A stretch of 63,196 nucleotides of DNA, filler included, from Intoshia linei (Eukaryota; Animalia; Orthonectida), in the NCBI GenBank assembly GCA_001642005.1. It is 7 parts of 7 records of this genome, joined end to end, with 100 filler letters (N's around TTAATTAATTAA, not from the genome) between each part and the next. Parts side by side here need not be neighbours in the genome. Positions count along the whole stretch, not along the records: positions 24,762 to 28,428 come from LWCA01002205.1; positions 28,529 to 31,088 come from LWCA01002327.1; positions 31,189 to 44,805 come from LWCA01001005.1; 4 more parts are not named here. One strand, written 5' to 3'. Below are positions 27,920 to 42,909 of the stretch, piece by piece; the stretch's first letter is position 1; every line of letters begins with the position of its first letter. A program made the translations under genes and the position numbers. A model generated the notes under the pieces. It worked only from the letters and a program-made list of their open reading frames with translations. It was not told where the DNA came from and searched no databases.

Positions 27920-28428
27920 CTAGCTTGGCAGTTTTGTACTACGTACAAACAGCACCTAGCTCTGCCGGGCCACTCTTTTATTATGCCAAAAAAATAAATT
28001 CACGTTGAAAATGTAACTTAAAAATTCTACTATTAACTATTATCAATCTTTTGTTTTGTTAATATTTGAGTAAAAAATTTAAAAACAATTGTTATCCCAT
28101 TTTTTAATTTATTAGACAGAATGTGTGTATAATATTAAAAATAAAGTAAAAATTAAAGTTTCAGTCAATATAAATTTAATTTTATAAATTCGTTGCTGTA
28201 GTGTTAAAATTTGAAGATTATAAAAAATGTTTGGAAAATTAAAATTTGAAATTTAAAAATTGCGTAGCAATGAAACAAATTCCGAAGGAATGAATTATAT
28301 AGATTTTCACCCATATGTCTTCATTGAAAATGTGTAGACGTACAATACTCATTTTTTTTGAAATTGTAGAATTAATATTTTCAATTTTAATCGAAATATT
28401 TGAAAAATATTGGTTGATAATATATTAA
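27920..28428 (-). mobile_element. Helitron-like family copy, 3' portion
   Basis: Reverse complement ends GTACGTAGTACAAAACTGCCAAGCTAG|T, matching 23960-23984. Confidence 0.7.
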
Positions 28429-28528
28429 NNNNNNNNNNNNNNNNNNNNNNNNNNNNNNNNNNNNNNNNNNNNTTAATTAATTAANNNNNNNNNNNNNNNN
28501 NNNNNNNNNNNNNNNNNNNNNNNNNNNN

Positions 28529-28610
28529 GATATTGCTCCAATTGTGAATGATGCAGCCGAAAGAGCTTTACAAAAATACAAACTGTAATGAATATATCAA
28601 GATCAAGATA
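28529..28610 (+). mobile_element. Short DNA-transposase C-terminal fragment, possibly hATm-like
   Basis: Encodes IAPIVNDAAERALQK, similar to the VVNDxAER motif. Confidence 0.4.
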
Positions 28611-31188
28611 TATTTATTTTATTTTGTAACGATAATTTAAAATTGATTATACTTTAAATATTAAATTTATATTGTTCCAATATTTCATATCTAACTTTAC
28701 ACAAACGAGCCTCAAATTTGTCCAAAAAAGAAGTAGAAATCCAAAATATAGTGTCAGTTTTGAATAAATTTTGATGATTTTATTAGAAATATACAAAAAT
28801 AAACTTAAATTTACAAATATATTATCTAATTACTTAATTGATCACCGCAACGTCATTACTTACNATTTTGATGATTTTATTAGAAATATACAAAAATAAA
28901 CTTAAGTTTACAAATATATTATCTAATTACTTAATTGATCACCGCAACGTCATTACTTACTTTTTTCAAAAATGGTTTTTTACATCTTGGTTTGCATTTA
29001 AAAATACATCTAATTCACATGGTACGTCTTTAAAAAATTAAACTCTATCGAATGTGCGAAAAAATAATCCGGTTAGAATTTAAAAACATGAGTGAATTAT
29101 TAAAATATATAATTATTAGTGTTAATTAGAATTATAATTATACTTTTATTAATGTTAATTAAAGTGTTAATTTATCAGAACATAGTAGTGAAACACCGTT
29201 TTGTTGTTTTAATTTAGAATTTATTAATACCATAAATGTATAACTTAAATAATAAATGTCGTGTCGCAAGACACAAACGACGCATGGAAGTAACATTTTA
29301 TACTTATTTTAAACCGAATTTATAGTCTAATTACATGAATAGATTTTTTTAATTTCGAAAATATCTGTTAATAAGTTCTTATCTCACTATTCAATCAATT
29401 ATAAAACCTCAATTAATTAAATATTCACAAGAATCATCAAAAAACATGATACAATTTTATCATATTTTTTGCCCGTAACGCCGTAACGGTTTTTAACTGG
29501 AAATGTACGTTAGTATTTACTTATATGTAAAATAGTGAAAATAACCATGTTGCACGCTGTCATACGAGCATTGTAAGTCTATCTATGAGTATGAGTCTTG
29601 GATAATATTTCCTGTATGTCACTTAAATTGAAATATTTATATTTTATTTGCCCGAGAATGGCTCATATAAACAATTTCTATTGAAGTTTAAGAATTGAAC
29701 AATCAAAATTCTATTAAAACTAAATAGTAATACATTTGATTGACAATTTATTTCATTTTATGTTAAAACCATCACATGACCAAGCATGACTAATAATGTT
29801 GTAAAAATATTATTGGACAATGGGTCGTTAATTTTTTAATGCATAAATTCTGCGCTAAACAAAAGGTTAAAAAACGTGGACTTTATATCAGTATGTAACT
29901 AATGTCGTTGAAATCTAACTGTATGTCGGTATCTACAAATAAAATAATCGGGCCTTTATCCATTGTTTAATTGAACTGTTAAAATCGTCATATTGACATT
30001 TTTAATTAGTTTAATGTGGTTTGTCATGGATAAGGTTATTTACACATTACAACTTGGTATGATTAATATACCATTTTAGTATAAGACAGTTTTGTATACA
30101 ATTGTACTTAAGAAATTTTCCAGTATTATCAATTAATTTAAAATTATTGTCCCTGATGATTAGGTCTACTATTTAGTATATGACACATACCCAGCCATCT
30201 ATCCATCACTTATAATTTAATTTTAAATAGAGTAATATAAGTTGAACGTCAATTACCAAAAATAAGATATTGGGAATATAATATGTAGCTGATTTATCCT
30301 TGAAATCAAATACGATGGGATTTAACAGTCTAAAATAATAATTAATATGAAAATGTATATCTATATATATCCAAAATAGTACATACCCTATGTCTATTTT
30401 ACATCTAAAAATTAGATCCGAATCCGTTGAAATAGAGAGGGATAAGGTATATGCACCATTAATGTATTGTAAGCCCTTATTGTTTTATAGTGTTAATATT
30501 AATGATATTACCATTATAGCTAGATGTAACATAATGATCTTTAAATAATTCATTTCAAATAAAACAAATAAAGTAAAAAATATAGTTCTATAAATATGCA
30601 GATCAAAAATAAAACTTACCAATATGTATTAAATTAACACTAATATACACTATTGGAAAAAAGTATTGCACAATTTGCACATTGTTAAATAAAAATTGAC
30701 TAAAAGTGCAAAATCTCGAAATTTAAATTATATAATAACAATAATAATATATATTTACAAAAAATATATATCTTGCAGTAAAAAAATTCATTAGTACCCA
30801 CGAAAATACAATATTAATTTCATAAATTTTAAAACATGGAAAAAAGTATTGCACAATTAAAATTAAACGCATTTAAAAAAAATGTATCAATAAATTTCAG
30901 AAAAATTGTTTTCAAATTTGTCGATACTGAGACATTTAACACATAATGAAAAAGTTGAAATTATTGCTCTATTTAAAGAAGGTAGGAGTATTGTAAAAAA
31001 ACAAGATAACCATTTCCAATACATTTTAATTTTAATTTTTTCGAGAAACCTCCAATGTTAATTGCGTTATTATCAATATTTATCAACANNNNNNNNNNNN
31101 NNNNNNNNNNNNNNNNNNNNNNNNNNNNNNNNTTAATTAATTAANNNNNNNNNNNNNNNNNNNNNNNNNNNNNNNNNNNNNNNNNNNN

Positions 31189-31547
31189 GAAATACCAGAG
31201 TATGCAATAAATCCATTCAATGTTGATGTTAATTCAATTCTAATTTAGTAGAAAAATTGATTGACTTACAAAATGACATTGAGGCACAATTCATTTTTAA
31301 ACAAAAGGGTTACTCTACTTTATTTTTTCAAAAAAAAAATGCATATCCAAATCATTGGAACGAAGTGTAATTGTTACTATTGACCTGTATACTCATCTAC
31401 TTATCTTTTTGAGAAAGGTTTTAGCGTTTTAACTGATCTTCAATCAAAAAAGAGGAACAAACTACATTTATCTTATTAGGGTGACTTAAGATTATGCTTA
31501 ACAAATATCGCTCCTGATATTGAAAAATTATCAAATAGTCATCAAAG
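31189..31547 (+). pseudogene. hAT Charlie/Buster-type transposase C-terminal remnant
   Basis: INPFNVD..EKLIDLQND..YPNHW..STYLFEKGFSVL..KKRNKL..GDLRLCLTNIAPDIEKL, with stops and a frameshift. Confidence 0.85.
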
Positions 31548-31871
31548 GGTAATGTGGCGTTTTGGCCCTGATAGTATAATTTTTTTAAATTTAAATTTAT
31601 GATAATGTTGATGATTTTAAAATTCGTATCAGCGTATATATTTTTTTAAATTTTCTAACTTGTTTGATTTTAAAAAAAAAGGACAATTGCAGTTTTTGAC
31701 CCGTAAGAAGTGAGTTTGGGAGGTTGAAATTATGTTTGCGAACACCCCCGGAAAAACTGTAATTGAAATGTGGACTTTATAAAATTTATGGAAATTCTAA
31801 GACGGGTATTTATTTAAATAAAGCTAAACACACAGAAACAAAAATCGCGTAGCATATTATATAAGTTAGGA
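31548..31871 (-). mobile_element. Helitron-like family copy, 5' portion
   Basis: Reverse complement begins TCCTAACTTATATAATATGCTACGCG; homologous to 36430-36737. Confidence 0.72.
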
Positions 31872-32336
31872 TATATTGTGGTGAATATTCACTGAATATT
31901 CAAAAAAGTTTAAAAAGCACTGGTATAACTGACGGTCTAATTATGTGATATTTAATTTTTTTGTGTATGTTCACTATAATAAACAATCTTCACTATAAAT
32001 AACTGTAATGTCTATGATTTTTTTTAAATTCTACGATTCATTTTTATTCATTTTTTAAAATAATATATAATTTGTGGTTTTGATATAATTTGACCGTGGA
32101 GGTGTATATTTTGGAATTTGAAATATATCTCTGCATCGGAAAAAACTGACGTATTAGATGATTTTTTGACAATGGTTACACATACGCAGACGGACAGAAA
32201 TATATTTTTAGCAAAATTACTTTGTATATGTTGAGATATTGATGAAATTTCAAAATGTAGCGGCATATTGAGTTTATTCATGGAAATATTGCAGAGTGTA
32301 TTTGACATATACATTTATATGTGAAATAAATTTTAG

Positions 32337-34608
32337 TTAATAAACATACCTCAGTCGTGTTCAAAAATAATGTTTAATGAATTGTACGTGAAAAAAAAAA
32401 ATGAATTGGATATAAAATATGAGGTATTTTAATACAACCTATTATTATAAATAATAAATGATATATATTTTGTATATAACTATTTTAGAAACTATACGAC
32501 CTTATTGGAAAGAAATTGAGTACTAAAATATCAACTGCAAATATGTGGGAATATGCAGATAATTTTAAATGCAAAGTAAACTGCTATGAAAAATTAAAAA
32601 AATTAATTTTTAGATTGAATGCAATTTAGCGTTACCTCTTTGGGCTAATAATAAAGTAATTTTTTTATTGAAAATTAAATAAAAGGTATTCAAGTATAAA
32701 GAAACTACTATTGAGAAAGAAATGGAAGCTGCAAGGTTGGAAAGTTTTATTCATTTGTTTACAAATGAATATATTGCTATGCATGCTGGCGGTAAATTAT
32801 CTTTACATCATATCTAAAAAAATTATTATTTTACAATTTATATTTTAGGAAACTTTGTTCATAACATTGTGCAAGTTTTTGATATATTTCTTAAAAAATC
32901 TACTATAAAAATGACATATTATTCCGCGGTATTATTTATTGATAATTAAAAAATTGGAATCCTTGATCGTTTTATTCTACAATTTTGAATTAAATTAACT
33001 GCGTCAATTTGTAAAGCCTTACGAAAATATCTCTTTTGTATACAGTCTACTTAAGTGATAAACCAGAAATAATTTTTTAATATTATCTCAAAATTAACAA
33101 ACATTTGATTTGGTTGCTATCACTGATCTACTTCACATCCACTTTATTATTTATCGCATTTATTAATTTATTTATTAAGTTATTATTTTGTAAAAAATAA
33201 TATTAATTCTAAATTTTAGCATGATGTAACTCTTATGTATTTGATGTCAGTATTAGGCATATACGAAGAGCCACCGCATTATGGAAGTCTTTTGATGATA
33301 GATTTAATAAAAGGTTCTGAAAAACAAGATGATCAAGAAATATATATCAAATTTTACTTTAGAGATACAAATTTATATAAACCACAAGTGAGGCAGCTCT
33401 ATGTTAAAGGTTATTGTATTTGACATGTAAAGACAGTTTTTTCACATAAATTATAAGACGTTTTAATGGATATTTATAACTTATTACATTGTTCACGTGT
33501 ACATTACATACAGTAGGATGTCACACATATCTTAGAAACAAGGTTGCTTAATATTCAATGTCTTTAGTTGTACGATATATATTACCACAAAATAAATATA
33601 TGTATTCCTTAAAATCTAATATTGACCATGCAGAAACCATTTTAATTATCTTATACAAAATTATTGTAATTTTTTATGATGATACCCATAATTATTTTAA
33701 CATATAAATATAAAATTTTTTTAAATTTTTCCATGTTTCACTTTAAGGGGTTTTTACCAAGGTTAATTATGAGAAATAATATAATAAGTACAGCTTCTAT
33801 ATAGGGTTTTCAACTACTCATATAACGCAAAATAAAGAGCTAGAATATAATTGAAAAAAATAAAACATACATGGTACATAAAACATATATAAGTACAGTA
33901 AAAAAATCGTTAAAATTATAGAAACAGGTTTAAAGAACATATTTCCCCAAATAAAGTTAAATATATAATTTTCTATAATATTTTCGAATAAAATTATTAA
34001 AATCGTTTCTGTATATTTGTTATACAATGTTGTTGTACAATATTTGAATTTGAGGATTCTTATTTTAAGGTGATATGATACATGCATTACATGTATATCT
34101 GAATGCATTGAGTGGTGGGCACTAATAAAATACTAATATACACCCTAATATACAGGATGTCAATATTACTTTAGTTTAGTCTAAAATTATAGGTGAGTAG
34201 TTTTAAAAAGAATTAAAATGTCCCAGAGGTCAGAGTAGGAACGTTATCATTGGACCTTATATTTCATTTTATTTTAATTTCGTTTATTTAATATTGATGA
34301 CTATTATATTCAATTATAGGATGCGATGAACCATGTTCATATTCAAAATTCCGTGTCTACGTGATAGAAAATATTAGTAACAATCTAAAGGAAATATGTC
34401 AAACGAGACGACTAGGACGTAACGATACTATGCTCATATAATTATATAATATATAGATGTCGATTCTAAAACAATGTATAATTTATTATGGTTCATTATT
34501 TCTTTTGGTTTATTTATCGCCGCAATCATTATTTTGGGTATTGCTGTATTTAAACTCAGAAAAAGAAAATATGTCAACATTGATACAGAATCAAACGACG
34601 CTAGTTAA
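32337..34608 (+). CDS. ACP2: Lysosomal/prostatic-type histidine acid phosphatase, C-terminal exons
   Basis: Exons starting about 32337, 32489, 32614, 32686, 32850, 33220, 34320 and 34458 give LPLWA..HAGG..TYYSA|HDVTL..PPHYGS..GCDEPCSYSKF..C, then TM (LLWFIISFGLFIAAIIILGIAVF) and tail YVNI (YxxPhi sorting motif); the N-terminal RHGxRxP exon was not found on this contig. Confidence 0.85.
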
Positions 34609-35899
34609 ATTATTTATATTATTAAATAATTAAAGTGTATTTTCCATCATCATTTAATATCTGATTATAATCATACTTATGTAAGGTATCTGATTGAATG
34701 GGACATTATTTAAACAAAATTTCACCAATATGGCCGTAATGTGGAGTTTGTGAAACAATTAATCTATGACGTCCATTGGATGTATGTCTAATTAAATGGT
34801 AATCTTCATAATCAATTTTTTATAAATAAAATAGTGAAGACTTACCATAACTTCACATATTATTTGTATATACTATAACGTCAATTTGTAAACTTTCGAT
34901 AGAATAAGCGAATTAAACACTTAATTCAATATATCACGTTATTATTATGCAGCAAATTAAATGAAGATTATTATCTACATATACATATTGTATGTCTTAT
35001 AAATTTCAGAAAAAAGTCCAAATTAGAATAGCCCTAATTTACATTGTATAATATTGTAGTAATGTAAATTTTATTTATTTTCGTCACAAAAAACCACCGC
35101 GTTTTTACCTTTTTCTGTTTTTTTAACATTTTTTTTTCCGTAGATGTCATGCATTTGTTATAATTTTAAGATATAACAGATTATTTAACAATAATTATAT
35201 TAATAATATTAAAAAAAATCAATAAAAAATCGTTTATTTTAGACACAGTTTACGGACAAATTTTTCGTCATTTTTAAAAATATTATATAATTTCAAAAAA
35301 GACATGAATTTATATCAACTGGGTCAAAATATTTTAAATGCTGCTACTCAAATATTTATTAGTACTATTGTAAAAAAATAATTTTCTAAAGTTTATAATA
35401 TTAGGAGTAAAACAAATTTAAAAATTATAATATTTAATTCATTACATTTGTGAATATTTCTTAACTTTTTTTACACAAGTACATTTTTACAAAGGAAATT
35501 AGTACGAATTTTAATTAAATTGAATTTAACAAACAAATATGAATTATATTTGTTTATAGTTTTTGAACATATATTATCAACTTTAATAGTTAATTTGCTA
35601 ATATTATTTAATGTCGAAAATAATCTTTCACAAAGTTCAATGGTCATTATTATACCGTTTGATTCAACAAAATATGAAAATATTTCGACATTTTTAAAAG
35701 TTTTATAAATTTAGATTGTATTTATTTTATTTTATACAGGTATTTGTAGTGTTTTAATAATGATTTATTATCGTTTTCTATATAAACTATGACAACTCAC
35801 CAAATAAGGTTATTCTTTTGGGGGGTTTTTTTGGATAAAAATTAAAAATATTAATATCATTCTGCAGCAAATTAACAACGTTGTTTTGGTTTCGTTGTT

Positions 35900-36737
35900 A
35901 TAGTTTCTTATTTAAATTTTAATGCTTTAAAAATGAAAATTTGAAATTTAAAAATTGCGAAGGAATAAATTATATAGATTTTCACCCATATTTCTTTATT
36001 GGATATGTGTTAACATTCAATGCGCATTTTTTTAAATTGTAGGATCAATATTTACATTTTCAATTTTTATATTTGAATATTATTGAAATATATAATTTTA
36101 ATATTTGAAAAATGTTGGTTGATAACATGTTATTAATTATTTTTAATCGGAAATACGTATATTTCTCGGGTTGAACTTTTGTAATTATATCAACTGGAAT
36201 AAGCTCTATCAGAATAATGTTTTTTTTTAATTTTCGGACCGTTAATTATTTCACATTTTTTGTTTTAATAAAATATTTCGGAAAAAACATGAATACTAAA
36301 ATGCTTTTTTGACCGTGAAGTCGTCACTTATTCAGATTGAAGTTTTTTGTATGTGTTAACAGGATACAACTGTACCATCTGTAAATTTTTTTAAATCCTA
36401 GGACTGTTTTCATTAAAAAAAGAATGGTAATTTGTGGTTTTAGTCCTGACGATATAATTTTTTTAAATTTAAATGTATGATGATGTTTATGATTTTAAAA
36501 TCAGCATATATATTTTTTAACTTCTCCAACTCATTTGATTTTCGAAAAGAGATACAATTTGGGTTTTTGACCCGTAAGGTATGAGTTTGGGAGGTTGAAA
36601 TTATGTTTGCGAAAAGTCCCGAAAAAAACTGTAATTGAAATGTGGACTGTATAAAATTCTAAGACGGGTAGTTATTTAAATAAAGCTGAACACACACACA
36701 CAAACAAAAATCGCGTAGTATATTATATAAGTTAGGA
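35900..36737 (-). mobile_element. Helitron-like family copy
   Basis: Reverse complement begins TCCTAACTTATATAATA with (TG)n; colinear with 22860-23450 and 38837-39500. Confidence 0.75.
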
Positions 36738-37439
36738 TAAAAATTTTTCTAATTAGAAATATGGAATAGCCCTAATGTACATATTTATATTTGTATTTAC
36801 ATTATAATGATTGAATTTACAATTATTTTAATTACAATTTACGAACCGTTTCGAAAACTAAGGCCACTAAATGCTGTTTCAACCATTTAACTTTATCATA
36901 AAACCTTAAATAATAGAACTATTTTCATAAACCTTTTGTAAAGAAGTTTTATACCAATTTATAGAAAAATATTTTATTATACCCAAACTCAAAGAAAAAT
37001 TCGGTGTCGAATCGCACATAAAAAAAATCCACTTTGACAAATATTTTAGATAAAAACTCATATGGTCAATGACCATTGGTCATGTATGAATGCTTAATTT
37101 TAGTGGATTATGGCATTTATTGTATCGGTTTATATCATTCAAATAAATATCTTTAACTTTTTTTACGATAGTTAAAATATTTGTTAAAATTTCGATTTGT
37201 TAAAATAGGGAATAGTTTTTTTAAATAAGATGGAATTACGAAAAAAAATATTATAATAACGAAACACGTGAAATATGTAAATTAAAACTATCTTGGGCAA
37301 CCCTTACAATAATTTAGTAACAGATATAATAATCAAATTTCCCTTTAAAATGTGGTATGAATTTACTACGTTATAAATAGTCATATTTGCTAAATTATAT
37401 GCAATGCATATTATGCATTGAAAAAATTTAAATAATGTA

Positions 37440-37740
37440 AATAGCCAGAATTCGATAAATTAAATCGTTAATAAAATCCAAAAAATTGAGCTAGAAACAA
37501 ATTTAAAAAAAATAAACTGTATAACTAAACATGGAGAACAATATTATAAAGTCGGTACCACATTTAAAAAATCAAACGCTAATTTCCGTTAAAATAAAGT
37601 TAACTTTTAATTTCTATATAATATTTTTAAAGTGATATTTAAAATGACAAACGCAACTCGAATAGATAACGTTACATGTTTTTGATTGCGAATTAGTTTT
37701 TCTATTTTAAAAATACACACTTTTAGTGCTAATTGCCCGT
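37440..37740 (+). repeat. Dispersed repeat, second copy at 45325-45600
   Basis: Shared CCAGAATTCGA..GAGCTAGAAACAA..CATGGAGAAC..TTTAGTGCTAATTGCCC. Confidence 0.8.
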
Positions 37741-38836
37741 GAGTCTTTGATGGGTGTGACATCGTTTTGTACATGTTTAAATTAATATTAAGTTGAAAAC
37801 TTTAAACGTTGTGGGCATCTCAACCCCACAATTTTGGCAGATTTTGATGCTGACGTGATGTTTTTAATTATACTACTAGACTAATTTTTTTTACCGCTAA
37901 GGTTCAACCTTAAAGGTTGATTACACTTTGTGCAACACCCTAATATATAATAAATATAAATAAATCATTCCACTCATCCTTCGGGTTCATTCATTCTAGA
38001 AAAACCTGTATTTTAAAGTGAAAATTATGCACTAGACATGTAAATTTTTTATATGTTAATGTATTAATTTTAAAATTTTTATTCGGTCACTTCAAGTAAT
38101 CAATATTTAAAATTGGAGCATAACATACAACATAATGAAAAAGATGTGTGGGGTTCTCAATTAAAGATATTCAGAATATGCAAGATGACATTAAATTTCA
38201 TTTACACACAAAAATGTATAAATTTTACAACAAACAAACAAACATTGACAATATAATAATACACTTTAAAAGGTTAAAATGTCAAATGGTTAACTAGTAA
38301 TAACTGTAATTATATTAGCTATAAATTTTTTTAAAATTCCAAGGCTATTTTATTTTTCTGTTCTAACATTTATTTTAAACTATTTGCTAATTTGGTATTT
38401 TGACCTATTTTTTGAAATTAAAAGAAGCAAATTCCCAAAAAAAATTAATTTGCAGAAAAGTTCGAATTTTAATAGGTTAATACAAATAAACGTCTATAAT
38501 AATGTATACAGATAAAGTTTTCTAGATAAAAATAATTTAAATTTTTGAATCTGTTATAGGCTGTCTACCCAGACTGCACGTCACTGTCATATAATTAAAT
38601 TTTATTAATAGAAACTATTACGTAAAATGTCACAAATAACTGAAAAAACGGTAGAATATAGAGATTTAAAAATTCTAGCAGAACATATAAAATTTAAGGT
38701 AATATAAAGTTTTTATTACTGAATATAATTTTATTTTTTAAATATAAGGAAATGAACATAACAGTTGATTCCAAGTATTACGTGATGGTATTTGTTACTT
38801 TTATTTATTTAAACATTTTTAAATTGTAAATTGTAA

Positions 38837-39728
38837 TCCTAACTTATATAATATGCTAAGCGATTTTTGTTTGTGTGTGTCTGTGTGTTTGTTACGCTTT
38901 ATTTAAATAACTACCAGTCTTAGAATTTTTTAAAGACCACATTTCAAATACAGTTTGTTCCGGGACGTATAATAAGATAAATTTCAACGTCCCAATTTCA
39001 CATCTTATGGGTCAAAAATCCCAGTTGTCCTCTTTTTGAAAATCAAACAAGTTGGAAAATTTATACGCTAATGCAGATTTTAAAATCATAAACATTATCA
39101 TAAATTTAAATTTAAAAAAATTATATTTTCAAAGCCAAAACCACAAATTACCCTTCTTATTTTAATGAAAAGAGCTCTAGAATTTCAAAAATTTTACAGG
39201 TAATACAGTTGTATCCTGTTAACACACATAAAAAATTTCAATTCGAATAAATGACAAATTCACGGTCAAAAAAGTATTTTAGTATTCATATATTTTTTTT
39301 TGAAATATTTTATTAAAACAAAAAATGTGTGAATAATTTATGGTCCCAAAATTAAAAAAAAAAATTTATCTGATAGAGCTTATTTCAGTTGATATAAATA
39401 CATGTCAATATTGATCCTAAAATTTTAAAAAAAATGTGGATTGTACGTCTACACATTTCCAATAAAGACTATGGGTAAAAATCTATATAATTCAGTAATA
39501 ATATTACCAACATAACAGCCGAACCAGTAAATAAACTTAATCCTAGGAAACCAATCAGGCAACACCATTCTATTGTCAAACAAAATTGAAGAAACTTAAA
39601 TTATACTTTAACTATAATTAAATTTTTTTGAACTAATTGAATCAATATCCTTACAAATTCATTTTTTCGTAATTTTTAAATTTTAAGATTTCATTTTCAA
39701 AATATTTTGTAAACTAGTAACAAGCTAG
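38837..39728 (+). mobile_element. Helitron-like family copy
   Basis: A|TCCTAACTTATATAATATGC start, (TG)n microsatellite, CAAGCTAG|T end. Confidence 0.75.
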
Positions 39729-42179
39729 TAATATATAATATATCATATTGTTAGTTTAACAATCAAACACTTATTGATACAAATTATTAAACAAATCAAT
39801 AATATTGACAAAGCAGTTCGAGAGATTATAGTTGCAAAATATTGGAAGTAATTTAGTCTTAAACGTATTATTATAGAATATTATTAATAAATAAAATATA
39901 TATTTAGTATACTTCATGAACGATGTTATTCAAACAGTTTTTCTAGAAAGATTCTGATGAATGTAGCGACTAAATTAAGTATAAATTCCGCGGTAAATGC
40001 TATATATTGATTTCTAAAATATATATAATTTATAGTCTCGTTATTACTTCTTAGTTTTCATTTTACTTTTAAATATAAAGACAGACATTCCAAATTATTC
40101 TTCTGCGTTAATTATAGAACTACACAAAGAAATGAACGTCTCTAAATATCATACCGAAGAATATTATGTTAAATTCTTTTACAGAAATACAAATACTAAC
40201 AATTGTTTAATAACAGAAATTTTTATATTTGGTATTTTTTCTACATTAGATTTGGAAACACCTCGAATGTGAAAATGTGTGACTTAATAATTACTTTTTT
40301 TTTTGTATGCAGAAATATTAATAAATGCAAAAATTAAATTAAATAAACTATGCAGAAAGAAAAACATAAATTTACATATTAAATCTAAAATTCAAAGTTC
40401 ATAACTAAATTTTTTATAGTATTATTTATTACTTTGCTGGTAAATGGAATAGAATAAACTGTTATTTTATATGGTGTTTTATTTTTCACGTCGTTTTAAA
40501 ATATGCAAAATGTATGTAACGTATAAACATGTGTTACATAATGAACACTGTATATTTTTGAGAATTTCTTTCATTTGTTGTGTTGATAAATGTTGTTCAA
40601 TGAACACTGTTGATTAGGGTGTCACAAATGAAAAAATAATGTGTAACTTTTAGTTACAATGAATGCTATTTTGTTCAAAACTTTAAAGGCATAGCCTCAA
40701 GTTTTTGACTAGTGTGTATCTTATAAACTACCTTATCTTTCATATTTTTCCTCATATCTTCAATAATGTTTAAACCTGGACTTTGCGCAAGTCAATTTTT
40801 TCACGTAATTATACCATTACCCCTTATAAATCGACTGGTTGTCTTTTCTTTGTGACACGGTTCAAAATGTTTCTGCTTCTTCAAGAGACAAAATACATAC
40901 ATTTACTATTCTAAATTTCTGTATTTATCGCTATTTCGGTTATACTCGAATTATTGGCAGCAATTTTTCATATTAGAAGAAAATATAGAAAATCGTATGA
41001 AAGAATCGATGTCACATTTCGTGATTAATTTGATAATATATTGTTTTTAAATTTATTTTTTATTAAACGTTCTTAAACATTTAAACTAACAATATAACAT
41101 TGACACAGTTCTAGAAAAAACAACTTTTTTTGAATGAAAGAGATAAATTTATAGCACCTGGAAGATATTTATATTCTGAACAAGATCGCTAAATCAATTT
41201 TCTACATTATGTCCAGATTGACTTTAAAATTCATCAATATTTCCAAAAAGTGCATAAAATAGGCTTATTAGAAGTTCATTAGAAATGATCAGAGATATAA
41301 ACATCACTGATGTTTTTTGCTTGGCAGACAGCAAGTGCTTTTTATTTTAACATTGGCGGGATAAAGGTTAATATCAAAAAGAAACATCAATATTTGATAA
41401 GTTTTACAATATCACTAAAATACAATGGTTGTCGATTTAAACCACAGCTTTTTGAAAAATAGTATGGTCTAAATCGAATGTGTGCTTTAAATTTTTATTT
41501 ACAATCGTAATTCAATTTAAACTCATTAGATGTTTACAAAGTAATCCATGTCTTATTTTCCTGGCTAATCAGTTCTGTACAAATTACATCATCAAGACCA
41601 AGAAAATATTTTCAATCATTGTCGGTGCAAAAATTTTTAACTTTATTTTATAGTTCATTACATATTTTACAAATACATATACATTTTTTGTACAATGTAC
41701 AAAAAATAATATAAAAACAATGTATGTATTCAATTAAATGTAAATAATATTACAAAAATTAAATATCTATTGTTTTTTCTTGATTGATTTTATAACAAAC
41801 ACAATATTTGAAACCTGCAATATTAACATATCTCTTGGTATTTGTTTTTGGCTTGGTCGTATTATTTTCGACATTGTAATATTCGATAATTGTGTGAATC
41901 ATAGCAGAATATGTTACTGTTAAATTGTGAATATGCTTAATTTTAGTTGTTAAATAATAGTCTATGTCAGCATATTTATTATCAATCTTTACTATTTTTT
42001 TTAGTTCCTTTGATATAGGTGCACTTTTGATATAAAAATTCGTTCACACCCCTAATGCTTACAGTAAGCGTGTTATTTTTTTTTACGAAATATGAACAAA
42101 TGTGTATTCGATGAAAGAGTAATTTCCGATGACAAACATATTTTTAATAGTATTTAGAGAAACAAGTTGGATGATTATG

Positions 42180-42909
42180 AGGTCATATCAGACATTTTAC
42201 TTTATGAGTTCCATATGGGGCATACCGTATCGGAAACTAATGAAAATATATGTAATGTTTATGGCAAAGATGCTATCAACATATGAAAGACTCGAAGATG
42301 GTTCTTAAAGTTCAGCCAAAACAATTATAACCTAAAAAAAGGTCCAACGTTCCGGTAGACCTAGTTTAGTAGATGAAGACAAACTTAAAGAGGAATTGAT
42401 AAAATCTCCAATTCAAACATGTACGTCATTATCAAATTTTGCTGGTTATTCAAGAACAAGTTTACATCCAGCTCTTAAAAGGATGAATAAATCGAATAAA
42501 TGTAGTATTTAGGTTCCTCATTTAGTGACTAGTCAACACAAATTAAATCGTTTAAATGCTTGCAAATCACTACTTAAAAGACTTAAAAATAAATCATTTT
42601 TAGAACAAATTATCACAGGAGATAAAAAATGGGTATTATGGGATAAAATAAAATTGAAAAAACAATGGCTTTCACCAAATTAATCCCCATTATGTACCCC
42701 AAAACCTAATTTACACTGTAAAAAGATTTTTATGCATATGGTGGGATATAGAGGGTGTGGTATATCATGAATTTTTAAAAAACACCAAAACCATTAATTT
42801 TAATAAATACTGTGAATAATTAGAAAAATTAAATAATATTTACCTGAAAAGACCACTAAAATTTTGTAAAGACAATAGTATCCTACAACAAGACAATGCT
42901 AGACATCAC
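42180..42909 (+). pseudogene. Degenerate mariner transposase, interrupted by an LTR element
   Basis: ILLYEF..NICNVYG..RWF.KF..RSGRP..VPHL..IITGDKKW..PKPNLH..WWDIEGVVYHEFL..QQDNARHH, with stops and frameshifts. Confidence 0.9.

Noticed and set aside
28768-28960. Tandem ~95-bp duplication (similar one at 59125-59325)
   Set aside because: Copies meet at a single N, typical of unmerged contig overlaps
30150-30650. Minus-strand splice-like signals and a short MDRWL start
   Set aside because: Could be 5' exons of some gene, but I could not build a supported model or link it to the TLDc exons across the gaps
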